Shown in pieces: positions 62,400 through 64,000 of a DNA stretch of 64,000 bases; positions within the stretch are counted from its first letter, which is position 1, and every line of letters begins with the position of its first letter. Where the stretch lies: assembly GCF_963506605.1 (NCBI RefSeq), contig NC_083292.1:29512001-29576000 (forward strand), given 5' to 3'. The notes beneath the pieces were generated by a model. It was not told where the DNA came from, searched no databases, and saw nothing but the letters and a program-made list of their open reading frames with translations. A program made the position numbers and the translations under genes. This DNA is from Zootoca vivipara. Its lineage: Eukaryota.

Positions 62400-63320
62400 A
62401 TTATTATTATTATTATTATTAATACCCCGTCCATCTAGCTGGGTTTCCCCAGCCACTCCAGGTGGCTCCCAACAGAATATTAAAAACATGACAAAACTTC
62501 AAACATTAAAAACTTCCCTAAACAGGGCTGCCTTCAGATGTCTTCTAAGTCAGATACGTAGTTGTTTATTTCCTTGACATCTGATGGGAGGGCGTTCCAC
62601 AGGGTGGGCACCACTACCAAGAAAACCCTCTTCCTGGTTCCTTATAACCTCACTTTTCGCAGTGAAAAGTGCGAGGGCTTTCAGAAGGCAGAGGGCTTAG
62701 GACCCTCGTACCTACGGGACTGCCTCTCCTGGTATGCCCCGCGGAGGACCTTAAGGTCCACAAACAACAATATTCTGGAGATCCCGAGCCATAAGGTGGC
62801 TAGATTGGCCTCAACTAGGGCCAGGGCCTTTTCAGTATTGGCCCCAACTTGGTAGAACGCTCTTTCACAGGAGACCAGGGCCCTGCGGGATTTGTCATAT
62901 TTCCGCAAGGCCTGCAAGACGGAGCTGTTCCGCCTGGCCTTTGGGTTGGATTCAGTCTGACCCCTGTGTTTTCCTCCCTCATGGTTTGGATTTATGGACT
63001 ACTTAAAATGAGGCTGCATTTTAAATTTTAATATTGTATTTTAATTTGTATTTTAATTCATTGTTTTCTTTTCTTTTATGTCTGATTGCAATTTTATTGG
63101 TGTTAGCCGCCCTGAGCCTGGTTTTGACTGGGGAGGGCGGGGTATAAATACAAATTTATTTATTATTATTATTAGTGAGGGAACCGGCAGAAGACCCTCG
63201 GAGCTGAACCATCATCCCCCAGTTGAACAATAGGGATGGAGATGCTCCTTCATGTATACTGGGCCATTTAGGGCTTTAAAGGTCAGCACCGACGCTTTGA
63301 ATTGTGCTCGGATAGCGAGG
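62400..63320. mobile_element. Nested L2 elements: plus-strand L2 (62690-63173) inserted into a minus-strand L2
   Basis: The host L2 breaks at cgcagtga (~62665) and resumes at agtgagggaacc (~63174). Confidence 0.75.
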
Positions 63321-63849
63321 AGCCGATGGGGCTCGTCAACTTGGAAAGGTGGAAAGAGAAGGAAAACTGATCCTAAAATCTCTACTATCTCCACAATCAG
63401 GAGAAGAAAAGGCTAAGGAGCAAATCCTGCACAATTCTGGAGCGGAGTCCCTAAGACGGTTGGATGGCACCTTGCACATGTCCTTCCGGCAACTCCCGCA
63501 GCCAAGCTGGTGCCAAATGTATCGCTCTACTTGCCTTTGGACGCATAAGTCTGGGATTGAAGGGCACGTGCTTGCCACATCCCCACACTGCCCTCTCCCC
63601 GAGTGGCCTTGCAAGGCTCGGATCCAGGGAGGGTGGTGCGAGAAGAGCACAACAACCACACGCTGTGCCACCTGCCTACCCACACAGGGGGAGCCCGGCC
63701 AGCTGATGCATCATTCAGCAGGCACAAAGGAGGTGCCCCCATGCCATCCTGGAGGCACTGGCATGGGGGCACCTGCTTTGTGCCCCCCCTCAGAAATCTG
63801 CACCCAGGACCACGGCCCCTCTGGCACCCCCAAGCTAATGCCCCGTATC

Positions 63850-64000
63850 AGGAGTAACTTTCTGACAGTAAGAGCTGTTTGACAGTGGAACGGTCTCCCT
63901 CGGAAGGTGGTGGGCTCTCCTTCCTTGGAGGTTTCTAAGCAGAGGTTGGATGGCCATCTGTCATGGATGCTTTAGTTGAGATTCCCGCATTGCAGGGGGC
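63850..64000 (+). mobile_element. CR1 LINE 3' fragment
   Basis: tctccttccttggaggtttctaagcagaggttggatggccatctgtc. Confidence 0.8.

Overview
Vertebrate (squamate) genomic DNA, most likely a lacertid lizard judging by Podarcis-type Sauria SINEs alongside BovB, CR1, L2, L1 and hAT/Tc1 MITEs. From left to right the window holds: (1) the 5' end of IGSF9 on the minus strand (CpG island, signal-peptide exon, first Ig exon; the gene continues off the left edge); (2) a complete DUSP23 on the minus strand (2 coding exons, 151 aa); (3) a tandem cluster of four intact two-exon short pentraxin (CRP/SAP-family) genes, called PTX-A, -B, -C (+) and PTX-D (-), plus a probable decayed fifth copy near 40.5-41.15 kb. 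The most notable biology is in the pentraxin cluster: conserved signal peptides with divergent Ca2+/ligand-pocket residues, paralog-specific extra cysteines, a Cys-rich C-terminal tail on PTX-D, a candidate gene-conversion tract between A and B, and a PTX-D splice acceptor apparently built from a CR1 LINE tail. The rest is mostly interspersed repeats, microsatellites and a 197-bp assembly gap. Exon boundaries were read by eye, repeat boundaries are approximate, and CRP/APCS/MPTX orthology cannot be assigned without a phylogeny.
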